Counted from the stretch's first letter, positions 18,132 to 26,846 are shown. The stretch: 27,195 bases of DNA from Elusimicrobiota bacterium (GCA_036574205.1 JAINCQ010000006.1:1-27195), one strand, 5' to 3'. Notes: a model not told the origin generated them from the sequence alone. Numbers and translations: made by a program.

Positions 18132-19667
18132 ATGCCAGTAGTAAATCCTGTGGAGGAGATTATGAATAAACAACCTTTGCGTTATTGGTTTTGGTATTTA
18201 CCAACTACACTTGATACTTATAAATCAGATCGAGCCGGTGTTATGATGGTTGCCAAAAATATATATGCTCCTTTGGTTTCAACATTTCTTGATGGTAAAC
18301 CACAGGGAATGATTGCGGAAAGTTGGGAAATTGATAGCGCGGGAAAAATATGGCATTTTAAAATTAGAAAAGGTCTTAGATTTGATGATGGCACTCCCAT
18401 TACTGCAGATATTGTCCTTAAAAATTTCAGACGTATTTTATGGCTAACCCGCAAAGAGGGGTTACTTTTAAATTCATTAATGCCGGAAATATCAGAATGG
18501 GAAAAATATGATAAACCACTTAGTTGTATATATGTAGAAAACGACATAATTGTTTTTAAGTTTAGTAAAAGACCTGTAAACCTATTTGAGGAAATAAGCA
18601 TGCCCATATATGGTATAGCCAATCCAAAATGTTTTGATGAAAAAGGACAGTGGAAGGATGCATTATGTATTTCATCATCTGGACAATATAAAATAAAGGA
18701 GATAACAACATCTAAGATTGTGTTGGAATCCAGACATATTTTTCCGAAAGTTCAATTTGCTCCGGATATTGTTGAAATTAGAGCCAGAACAGATAGAAAT
18801 ACGATAGAAGAGATTTTGAAAGGAAATGCTGATTTAATAATACAACCCAGTTTTGATTTGAGTGATGAGGTTTTAAATAAAGTGTGTTATTCAGAACTAC
18901 AAATAACATCGGAACCTACAGCGCGTATGCATTTCATGCAATTGAATGCATATAGGCCGCCGTTTAATAACAAAACTCTCCGCCAATCCATTCGCGATGT
19001 GTTTTTAAATCTATTGCAAAAAGACACTACATTTTTATCAGAAACAGAACTAAATCCTTCTTTTATCCCTAAAGGAGGGGTTGGATATATATCGTTTAAA
19101 ATACCCCGAAATGTAAAAATCAAAAAGGTTGCAGAAAAAGAGGTTGTGGTCTTATTGTCTCCTGTAGAAGAGTATCCGATAAATAAGGGGCAGAAAATTC
19201 AAAAAATCCTTGAACAAAAGATTCTGCAAACCTTAAAGATGCACGGATTAAAACCTAAGGTGATTAGGTGTGACGGAGGAGAATTGATAGAAAGGAGAAG
19301 ACGTGGTGATTTTGATGTCTTGTTTAGATTTTCTGGGGTATCAATTGATGATCCCTATGCTGCCCTTAGAATGATGTTTATGAGTAATATTGGAGCATGT
19401 ATCCCTGATCCATCAAATACTATATCAAGACTTATTGAACAAGCAGAATCTGTTGATGACCCTAATATACGGAAACAGATTGCTGAAAAAATAAATAAAA
19501 CTATTTATGATGAGGCAGCTATAATTACTTACACACATTCCAGTCTGGTTTACATTCATACAAATAATGTTGATTTATCCCATATTAATTTGTTTTCTGA
19601 CCCAATAGAATTTCGCGCAGTGAATTTCCCTCCAGGGGATTTTAAAAGCGGGGATAAGTTTTATTAA
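18132..19667 (+). CDS. Family-5 (OppA/DppA-like) solute-binding protein without signal peptide
   Basis: IY..LV, P.GMIAESW, W.FKIRKGLRFDDGTPITA, SGQYKI, LN..RPPFNN..LRQ, D...RK. The likely start is ATG 18162 after GGAGG. Confidence 0.85.
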   Translation: MPVVNPVEEIMNKQPLRYWFWYLPTTLDTYKSDRAGVMMVAKNIYAPLVSTFLDGKPQGMIAESWEIDSAGKIWHFKIRKGLRFDDGTPITADIVLKNFRRILWLTRKEGLLLNSLMPEISEWEKYDKPLSCIYVENDIIVFKFSKRPVNLFEEISMPIYGIANPKCFDEKGQWKDALCISSSGQYKIKEITTSKIVLESRHIFPKVQFAPDIVEIRARTDRNTIEEILKGNADLIIQPSFDLSDEVLNKVCYSELQITSEPTARMHFMQLNAYRPPFNNKTLRQSIRDVFLNLLQKDTTFLSETELNPSFIPKGGVGYISFKIPRNVKIKKVAEKEVVVLLSPVEEYPINKGQKIQKILEQKILQTLKMHGLKPKVIRCDGGELIERRRRGDFDVLFRFSGVSIDDPYAALRMMFMSNIGACIPDPSNTISRLIEQAESVDDPNIRKQIAEKINKTIYDEAAIITYTHSSLVYIHTNNVDLSHINLFSDPIEFRAVNFPPGDFKSGDKFY

Positions 19668-19683
19668 AAATGAAGTATTTGAT

Positions 19684-20439
19684 ATGAAGGAGGTAAATAG
19701 CGGGAATGTAAATTTAGTTAAGGTTGAGAAGATTGAAGTAGATATTAAAAGTTTTAACTATGGTAACAAAATAGTACTTGAGAATATCAGGACGTCTTTT
19801 ATACCCGGTAAGAAATATGGGATTGTTGGAGATTCTGGTTGTGGTAAATCTACGCTTGTTAAACTTTTTGTAAAGCTATATGAAAGCGATGGTGTAATGA
19901 TAAATGGAAAAAATATTCATCAATATTCTTTAGAGTCATTGAGAAATAAAATATTTCTTTTACCCCATCAACCACAAATTTTTCCTCTGTCTATAAAGGA
20001 GAACATTCTTATAGGGGCGAGTGAAGAAGAAAAAAGTAGATATGATGATGTTAAAAAAATGTCTTTTCTTTGAGATCTTCTTTCTAAATATGATTTTGAG
20101 AAGAGATTACTTTCAAAAGGGGTTACCTTATCCAGTGGTGAAAAGCAGGCTATAGCCTGCGCAAGGGTGTTCATAAAAAGACCTGATGTGGTTATTTTTG
20201 ATGAGGCTACATCCGCAATGGATCCAAGGTTAGAAGAAGTATTTCTTAACGAACTTGAGGAAAAACTTGGTTGTAAAGATAGAATTTTTATATTTATTTC
20301 TCATCGTCTTTCCCCAATAAAAAGATGTGATGAAATAGTTTTAATGGGTAAAAAGGCTATCCAGTTTATATATAAATCTTATGATAAAGCAGTTTTAGAT
20401 GAAAGATTTATTAAACTTTATAAATCCCAGTTGAAATAA
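19684..20439 (+). pseudogene. ABC exporter ATPase domain interrupted by an in-frame TGA
   Basis: Walker A GDSGCGKST, then TGA at 20071-20073. The same frame continues DLLSK..LSSGEKQAIACARV, FDEATSAMD, ISHRLS. No transmembrane domain is present. Confidence 0.88.
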
Positions 20440-20744
20440 TGTTAATTCAAAAAAATGATTGTTTTTAGAGATGTTTCAAGTAGGTTATATATAATTGCAT
20501 TATCCTGACAGAAAAGAAGAAAAGAAATTATAAAATGATTTTTAAGCTGAGAAGATATGAAAAAGGCAAAAATATTTATAGCGTTTGAGCGCTATAATAT
20601 TTTTATTGCCTGGTTTTATTGTAAATAATAGCCACAAAACAAATTTTCAGAAGAAAATAGGAAAGGTTGTGAAAATTAAAACCACTAAAAACCTAAAATT
20701 TATATATAATATAATGAGAATATTTTTGAAATCAGGGAGATATA

Positions 20745-21024
20745 ATGAAAAAAATAATGAGTTTTGCTGGTGTTTTTGTATTTTTTTTCAATTTAATTGC
20801 CTGGGGGGCTCAGGCAAGTTCAAATTCAATTGAGTCAAAGATAGCCATTGAAAATTCGCTTGAAAAAAAAATTATACGCAGTTCTTTCAGAGGCTCTTGG
20901 CACTGATGATTTGATAATTATGATTTCAGCTCAGCTTCAGGATGAGGAAAAGAAAATTAAAGAGGAAACAGACAATCCCATTGATGATGAACAAGATAAA
21001 ACAAGCGAAAAGGAGAAGGTATGA
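20745..21024 (+). pseudogene. Small exported protein frameshifted at an A9 run
   Basis: GGGAGA RBS and MKKIMSFAGVFVFFFNLIAWGAQA signal peptide. Removing one A from 20863-20871 gives a 92-aa ORF whose TGA overlaps the dapB ATG. Confidence 0.6.
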
Positions 21025-21704
21025 ATATAGTTTTGAACGGCGCTTGTGGGAAAATGGGCAGATCCATTATAGATTTATGTAAGCGAAAATATAAAGAAAT
21101 AAATATTTTTCCAGTAGATATCAAAAAAGATGAAAAAGTTTATTCAATAGAGGAATTAAAAACTATAAATTTTGATGGGATTATAGATTTTTCCTCGCCA
21201 GAGGGATCTTTTGAGATAATAAAATTAGCATTGGATCTTAAAAAACCAATAGTAATCGGAACTACTGGTTTTAGTGATATTCAAATTGAAAATATAAAAG
21301 AATACTCTAAGAAAATTCCAATTTTCTTATCTCCGAATATGAGTCTGGGGGTTAATATATGTTTCATTGTAGCTGATATAATATCAAAAAGTATTGATTG
21401 TGATATCCATATTAATGAGACTCATCATAAGTTTAAAAAAGACGCGCCAAGTGGCACAGCTTTACAATTTAAAAAGATAATGGAATCAAATGGAAAAAAA
21501 GTTTCTATTTCAAGCTCAAGAATAGGAGATATTACAGGCGAGCATGAAATTATTTTTGCGTTAAATGGTGAAAAAATCTTGCTCTCACATACTGCTTATA
21601 ATAGAGAAATATTTGCTGAGGGTGCTTTAACTGCTTTGAAGTGGCTTATAAATCAACAGCCGGGCTTTTATAATTTTAAAAATATTTTTGAGGTGAAGAT
21701 ATGA
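21021..21704 (+). CDS. dapB: 4-hydroxy-tetrahydrodipicolinate reductase
   Basis: GACGKMG, IDFSSP, VIGTTGF, SPNMSLGVN, ETHHKFKKDAPSGTA, R.G...GEH, FAEGA. Confidence 0.96.
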   Translation: MNIVLNGACGKMGRSIIDLCKRKYKEINIFPVDIKKDEKVYSIEELKTINFDGIIDFSSPEGSFEIIKLALDLKKPIVIGTTGFSDIQIENIKEYSKKIPIFLSPNMSLGVNICFIVADIISKSIDCDIHINETHHKFKKDAPSGTALQFKKIMESNGKKVSISSSRIGDITGEHEIIFALNGEKILLSHTAYNREIFAEGALTALKWLINQQPGFYNFKNIFEVKI

Positions 21705-22867
21705 TTAAACTTTCAAATTTTATGAGGCTCTTTAAGCCTTATCTTTTTGAGGAGTTATACAGAAAAGCAAGAAGATGCGCAGAAGATGGAGTTGAGGTAA
21801 TCAATCTTGCAATAGGAGATCCAGATTTACCAACCAATAAGGATATTGTCAATGTTGCAGTTGATGAAATTAAAAATCCAGTTAATCATAGATATCCAAA
21901 TACAAAGGGGAATGAAAAATTAAGAAAAGCTATTTCAAACTGGCATAAAAGGAGACATCAAATTACCTTAGATTATAATGATGAAGTTTCTATATTGATA
22001 GGTTCAAAAGAAGGAATAGCTCATTTACCAGTTGTTTTGATGAATAAAAATGATATTTGTCTAATATGTGATCCGACATATCCAACATATAGAACCGGGG
22101 TGTGGATGGTTGGGGGAAAAATATATAACGTTCCTCTTAAAGAAAAAAATAATTTTTTACCGGATCTTGCTAAAATACCAAAGAAAATAATTTCAAGGGC
22201 AAAACTTTTTTTCTTAAATTACCCCAATAATCCAACCGGCGCAACCATGGATTTTGATTATATGAAAGAACTTGTTAAATGGGCGAAAAAAAATAATATT
22301 TTTCTTGCTCTTGACTGTGCTTACTCTGAGATATATTTTGATAAACCCACGCATTCAATTTTTGAAATAGATGGGGCAAGGGATATAGCAGTTGAATTTT
22401 ATTCAGTATCAAAAACATATTCAATGGCTGGATGGAGAATCGGCTGGGTATGTGGAAATTCAAAAGTAGTATGTGCATTAAATACTGTAAAAGAAAACAT
22501 AGATTCAGGTCAGTTTAATGCGATTCAAAATGCATCCGCCTATGCCCTGGATAATCATGAGAAAATAGTTCCTGCAATTAGAGAGGTCTTTAGAAAAAGA
22601 TGTGATAGATTTTGTGATGTATTGTATAAAAGTGGATGGCGTTTTATAAAACCATCTGGAAGTTGTTTTGTCTGGGCAAAACCTCCAATAGATATGGATT
22701 CAATTAAAGCATGTGATTTTATTTTAAATAAAACGGGAGTATTACTTGCACCTGGAAGTGGATTTGGAAAATATGGGGAAGGATATGTTAGAATTTCAAC
22801 AACTGAAAATGATGAACTCCTTGAAAAAGCGATGAAGAAGATTTCTGAGATAAGGTGGGATATATGA
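21701..22867 (+). CDS. dapL: Class I/II PLP aminotransferase, probably LL-diaminopimelate aminotransferase
   Basis: L.IGDPDLP, IGSKEGIAH, NYPNNPTG, D.AYSE, SVSKTYSMAGWRIG, PGSGFG.YGEGYVR; coupled to dapB. Confidence 0.82.
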   Translation: MIKLSNFMRLFKPYLFEELYRKARRCAEDGVEVINLAIGDPDLPTNKDIVNVAVDEIKNPVNHRYPNTKGNEKLRKAISNWHKRRHQITLDYNDEVSILIGSKEGIAHLPVVLMNKNDICLICDPTYPTYRTGVWMVGGKIYNVPLKEKNNFLPDLAKIPKKIISRAKLFFLNYPNNPTGATMDFDYMKELVKWAKKNNIFLALDCAYSEIYFDKPTHSIFEIDGARDIAVEFYSVSKTYSMAGWRIGWVCGNSKVVCALNTVKENIDSGQFNAIQNASAYALDNHEKIVPAIREVFRKRCDRFCDVLYKSGWRFIKPSGSCFVWAKPPIDMDSIKACDFILNKTGVLLAPGSGFGKYGEGYVRISTTENDELLEKAMKKISEIRWDI

Positions 22868-23718
22868 TGTATATATATGTATTGTTTATAGGAGTATTAG
22901 TTTTCTTCTTTTTTTATAAATGGTTGGACGGAAAATTTTTTAGCCTTTTCACAAATTCAAAAAAAAATATAAATTTTTCACCTGAGGATTTAAGAATGGT
23001 ATATGAGCCAGTTTATTTTAAATCTCAGGATGGAATTGAGTTAAGCGGCTGGTTCATCCCAAAGCTGGATGGTGAAAGTGATACTACTGTTATAGTTGGT
23101 CATGGTGCTGGAGAAAACAAATCAGATGCTTTGAAACAAACCTCATTTCTGGCTAAGTACTTTAATCTTTTATATTTTGATTTTAGAGCCTGTGGAGAAA
23201 GTAAAGGTAAGATCTGCTCATATGGATTTTATGAATCAAGGGATATACTTGGAGCATATGATTTTTTGAAAACTGTGAAAATAGAATTTGCCAGAAAAGT
23301 TGGGCTTTACTCTTCATCATGTCATTCTTTTGCTGGTGTTGATACCTTTTGTAAAACAGATATTGATTTTCTTATTCTTAAATCTCCTTCAATAAACTTC
23401 TTCAAATTTCTTAGGAAATATGCAAAAGAAAAGATTAAAATACCCTTTTTGCCAGAGTTTTTTATTAAGAAATATCTTAAAACAAAAGATTTTAATCTTG
23501 AGTTAAATTTTTCAAGCAATAACCTCAATCGTCCTATAATTTTTATATATGGCGATAAAGATGAATTTATAACTCTTGAAGAATTTGAGACTTTTTATAA
23601 TTCAGTTAATCTTCCATCAAAAAATAAAATACTTCTTGTTGGAGGTTCTCATTTTAATATTCCAGATATAGCCTATTTTAGCGAAAAACTTATTGAAAAC
23701 CTAAATCTAATTAATTAA
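22855..23718 (+). CDS. Membrane-anchored alpha/beta hydrolase
   Basis: N-terminal TM helix, F.S.DG..LSGW..P, HG, FDFRACGES.G, G.KD and GGSH motifs. Confidence 0.8.
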   Translation: MGYMMYIYVLFIGVLVFFFFYKWLDGKFFSLFTNSKKNINFSPEDLRMVYEPVYFKSQDGIELSGWFIPKLDGESDTTVIVGHGAGENKSDALKQTSFLAKYFNLLYFDFRACGESKGKICSYGFYESRDILGAYDFLKTVKIEFARKVGLYSSSCHSFAGVDTFCKTDIDFLILKSPSINFFKFLRKYAKEKIKIPFLPEFFIKKYLKTKDFNLELNFSSNNLNRPIIFIYGDKDEFITLEEFETFYNSVNLPSKNKILLVGGSHFNIPDIAYFSEKLIENLNLIN

Positions 23719-23761
23719 AAATGTTTAAAAAAAGCGTTTAAGGATGATTTTCTAATAAATC

Positions 23762-25030
23762 CTAATTTTTAGGAGCAAATATATAAAAACTTCCATTTGC
23801 TTTCATTGACGAGGCTTCTAACTCAGCTTTTTTCCCACTTCCCCAGAACAAATCTATCCTGCCTGCGCCTCTTATAGCACTTCCTGTATCGTGAGTGACT
23901 ATAAATCTAGAAAATCTTTTAAACTCAATTATAGTTTCTCCGTTTTCATCGCTAACAGGTTTTGTAGAGCTTATATAAGCAACAAAACCATATGGGATAT
24001 AAGCAGGATCTATAGCTACTGAACGACCACTTACAAGATCTTTTGATATAGCTCCTTGAGGAGATGAGTCCTTATCTTTGATGGTGAAAAATATATATCT
24101 TGGATTTAAATTTACAAGTCTTTCCTCCCTATCCTGAGGTTGAGATGAAAGATATTTAATAAAACTTTTAAAATTCATTGAAGGGATTTCACCACAATCC
24201 ATAAGTATTTTTTGAACACTTACAAACTTCCAGCCATTTGCTCCATCAAATCCTATCCTTGCATAATCCCCATCTAAAAAGCGCAGGATGGAAGAGCCCT
24301 GAATTTGAGCAAGCATTATCTCAGCAGGGTGATTTGAATATGCTATTTCAATATTAAACTTATCTATTTCCCCTTTTCTTATCTCTTCAGTGGAATAATA
24401 TTTTACAAGATTTCCGTTTTCATCATATCTTCCGTAGTCAAAATCCATACCATTCACTTTAACAAGATCCGGTGGTTTTAGATGAAGTGGATATTTGTAT
24501 ATATCATCTTTTTCCCTTTTAACAGCTATTTCACTTTCATAGTATCCAGTAATTGTAACATCATTTGTTTCATCGCTTACTGCTTTATAAATGTTAAACT
24601 CTTTTTTTAAGACATTTAAAATTTCGCTTAAAGACATTGAAGATGAAAAAATTTCATAAAGCCTTTTGTTAGCTTTAAGCATTTTAGATTTTGAATATGA
24701 ATCTTTTCCTATTTTTGCATAAAAACTTTCAGGTTTTACCTCCCAGTATTCTATATTTTCAGAAATCGCTTTTAAAAGCGAATTTCTATCTATGTCGTCT
24801 TCCAGTTTGGTTAAGGCGCTAAAATCGGTAGAGGAAACATCTTTGACAGGATTGTCTATATCATAATATTCAACGCCTTTTATTTCAGAGAAACTTTTTG
24901 GACAGGAGTTTTTATTTTCAAAAAAAGTGGGGGAAGGAGATGGCAAATCGGTTTCTTGGGTAAACCTAAATTCAAAAGCTTCTACATTAAAACTTATTAC
25001 TGAAATTATCAACACAATGATTATGCTCAT
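23762..25030 (-). CDS. mltA: MltA-family lytic murein transglycosylase (3D domain)
   Basis: TGYYE, QIQGS, NPRYIFF, SVAIDP.YIP.G, DTGSAIRGAGRIDLFWGSG. Confidence 0.92.
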   Translation of the reverse strand: MSIIIVLIISVISFNVEAFEFRFTQETDLPSPSPTFFENKNSCPKSFSEIKGVEYYDIDNPVKDVSSTDFSALTKLEDDIDRNSLLKAISENIEYWEVKPESFYAKIGKDSYSKSKMLKANKRLYEIFSSSMSLSEILNVLKKEFNIYKAVSDETNDVTITGYYESEIAVKREKDDIYKYPLHLKPPDLVKVNGMDFDYGRYDENGNLVKYYSTEEIRKGEIDKFNIEIAYSNHPAEIMLAQIQGSSILRFLDGDYARIGFDGANGWKFVSVQKILMDCGEIPSMNFKSFIKYLSSQPQDREERLVNLNPRYIFFTIKDKDSSPQGAISKDLVSGRSVAIDPAYIPYGFVAYISSTKPVSDENGETIIEFKRFSRFIVTHDTGSAIRGAGRIDLFWGSGKKAELEASSMKANGSFYIFAPKN

Positions 25031-25100
25031 ACATCTATATAAAAATTTTAATAAAAGATATTAAAAACATCAAGGGTCTAAAGGACATGAAATAATATGA

Positions 25101-25305
25101 ATATTACCTGCCGGGACGGTTTAACTATCATATCCCCTCTCCTTTTTTGGAGAGGATTAGGGTGAGGAGATTTAATTTTTCACCCTCATCCTTCACCTTC
25201 CCCCATCAAGGGGGAAGAGATTTTGACACTCACTTTGTTTCCTCCCATTAAAAAACAATTCATCGGTGTTTTCCCGATTCAATTATTTATGGCGTTTCTC
25301 AATAC
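25101..25305. repeat. Cluster of BoxC/REP-like modules preceding repeat copy 4
   Basis: Contains inverted matches to 10537-10578, 10363-10401 and 10617-10637, plus CTTCCCC-ATCAAG-GGGGAAG (25197-25216). Confidence 0.78.
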
Positions 25306-25378
25306 CATAACATATACATAACCAATTACAGTCGTAGAAAATTTTAAAAGATAAACAGCTAATTTTATAAAGAATTAT

Positions 25379-25577
25379 CATCCACAGTTTAAACACGATC
25401 GTGTAAAATTAGTGGATGTTTTTTTGAAAGTAAAATACCCTAGACTGACCGCCCCGGTCAGTCCGCTATTGGAGATATATCTATTTTTTATTACACACTT
25501 TTCAATAGATTTACAAATATTATTCTACGGCTCCAGCGGCCTTAAAAATCTGTCCAACATGTTTCTGATATTTTGCA
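25379..25577 (+). repeat. Dispersed structured repeat, copy 4
   Basis: Highly similar to copy 1 over its full length; inner palindrome ACACGATCGTGT. Confidence 0.93.
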
Positions 25578-25582
25578 ATTAC

Positions 25583-25701
25583 ACGAATCAAATCATCTAA
25601 AAGTAACCATGAGGCTCAATGTCAACTCATTTAGAATGTAACCGAAATTTATATAATCCCCAACTAAAGGAGTGTTGCATTATGAACTTGAGCTTTAAAA
25701 T
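25583..25701 (+). repeat. ~120-bp direct repeat, copy A (possible IS left end with truncated ORF start)
   Basis: Aligns with 27072-27195; contains GGCTCAATGTCAAC, TATAAT, AAAGGAG and ATG 25682. The ORF stops after 15 codons. Confidence 0.7.
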
Positions 25702-25891
25702 GAAATTAAAATGGAATATCTTAATTTGAAGAAAGTAAAATTAAATATCCATTAGATTGATTTTTATCAACTCCACTTTAAAAGACGATCGTCTTCCAGA
25801 GTGGAGTAAATTTTGGAAGATAAAATGTTATAAATATGTTTTTATGATCTAACACACACAAAAAAACTGCTTATGTGGATAACTAATATGG

Positions 25892-26482
25892 TTACATTTT
25901 TAGATGAGCTGCCCGGTTAAAGGCTTCTTCTATTTCCCTTTTAAATTTGTTTTTTTTCACCTTAATAAGGAAATGTTGTTCAATCTGAAGCATTCTAAAA
26001 GCAGGATTTCCTGTATCAGTAGTACTCTTTTTAGCTTTCTCCTTGAGTTCATGAAAGCATTTAGTATATTCATCATTGATAACCAATTTAAGCTCTTCTT
26101 CACTATTTAGTGTTTTTTTAAATTCACTAATTTTTTCTTCTAATGCTTTAAGAGTATTTCCTGAAACTTTAGGAGCCCAAAACATATAATGAACTTTATT
26201 AAAACATTTATTTTTGTTAATATTTTCTTCTACATAAGTTTTCATATTCTCAAATTTACTTAAGATTTTCTCTACTGTTGTGTCTAGAGTTTTTCCATAT
26301 AATATCCCATCCAAATGTGTAGCAACTTCACAAATAAATATAGTCTTTTCAGGAAAATTAAAGCCCATAACATCTATTTCTCCTTGACCCTTACCCGTTT
26401 TTACATTATAACAGACAATTTTACAGCCTTTACAGTGTTCTAAGTAAGCTCTTACCAAATATTCTCCCATTTCTGGTAGCAT
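25892..26482 (-). CDS. Putative PD-(D/E)xK restriction-endonuclease-like protein
   Basis: N-terminal E..GE.LV..YL helix, GEIDV, ICEVATH; GGAGG RBS. Lacks the canonical ExK lysine. Confidence 0.6.
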   Translation of the reverse strand: MLPEMGEYLVRAYLEHCKGCKIVCYNVKTGKGQGEIDVMGFNFPEKTIFICEVATHLDGILYGKTLDTTVEKILSKFENMKTYVEENINKNKCFNKVHYMFWAPKVSGNTLKALEEKISEFKKTLNSEEELKLVINDEYTKCFHELKEKAKKSTTDTGNPAFRMLQIEQHFLIKVKKNKFKREIEEAFNRAAHLKM

Positions 26483-26517
26483 TTTATCCTCCTAAAATCA
26501 CAGTTTTATTATAAAAA

Positions 26518-26776
26518 ATTTTTTCGCAGGCCGCCCCTCGCAAAACTGTATTGCAAATGTTTTGCTGCGGGCTTTCGAATCCCGCGAAATGCTTGACGCA
26601 TTTCTTAGTAAAGCACGGAAGGGGTGGGATTCGGTTGCAAATAAAATTCGCTCACCGCTCATTTTTTCGCAACCCGCTCCTCGGCAAACTGTAAAGCACA
26701 AGTTTGCCTGCGGACTTTCGAATCCCGCGAAATGCTTGACGCATTTCTTAGCAAAGCACGGAAGGGGTGGGATTCG
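26518..26776. repeat. tRNA-linked tandem repeat (period 143 bp) including the tRNA 3' end
   Basis: 26518-26633 aligns with 26661-26776; both end in CGGAAGGGGTGGGATTCG, the last 18 nt of the tRNA on the minus strand. Confidence 0.88.
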
Positions 26777-26846
26777 AACCCACGAGGCGGATAAACCGCC
26801 TACCGGTTTTCAAGACCGGCGCTTTCAACCGCTCAGCCACCCTTCC
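26759..26846 (-). tRNA. tRNA-Ser(UGA), 88 nt, CCA not encoded
   Basis: GGAAGGG/CCCTTCC-G acceptor stem, anticodon arm CCGGT-CTTGAAA-ACCGG, long variable arm AGGCGG-TTTAT-CCGCCT, T arm GTGGG-TTCGAAT-CCCAC. Confidence 0.97.

Noticed and set aside
20071..20073. TGA read-through (genetic code 4/25 or selenocysteine) in the ABC ATPase
   Set aside because: TGA terminates intact genes here (coaD, ptb, dapB) and Trp is encoded by TGG. The position is non-catalytic and the neighbouring rSAM is also decayed, so a nonsense mutation is simpler.
20585..20833. 82-aa ORF in the track
   Set aside because: TTG start without RBS; it overlaps the better-supported ORF starting at 20745 in another frame.
658..23528. 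Short antisense or overlapping ORFs in the track (e.g. 658-843, 1668-1893, 2731-2931, 5031-5505, 6834-7383, 8387-8584, 13665-14418, 16458-16640, 18218-19123, 19968-20174, 22275-22478, 23322-23528)
   Set aside because: They shadow well-supported genes and show no motifs or RBS.
6306..25882. oriC suggested by DnaA boxes (TTATCCACA 6306-6314, TGTGGATAA 25874-25882) and parAB
   Set aside because: The boxes are isolated, one is just the edge of the repeat (TCATCCACA in other copies), and there is no box cluster or dnaA gene.
26616..26776. attL/attR of a prophage or island at tRNA-Ser
   Set aside because: The duplicated 3' end is only 143 bp away and no integrase is present; treated as a tRNA-linked repeat.
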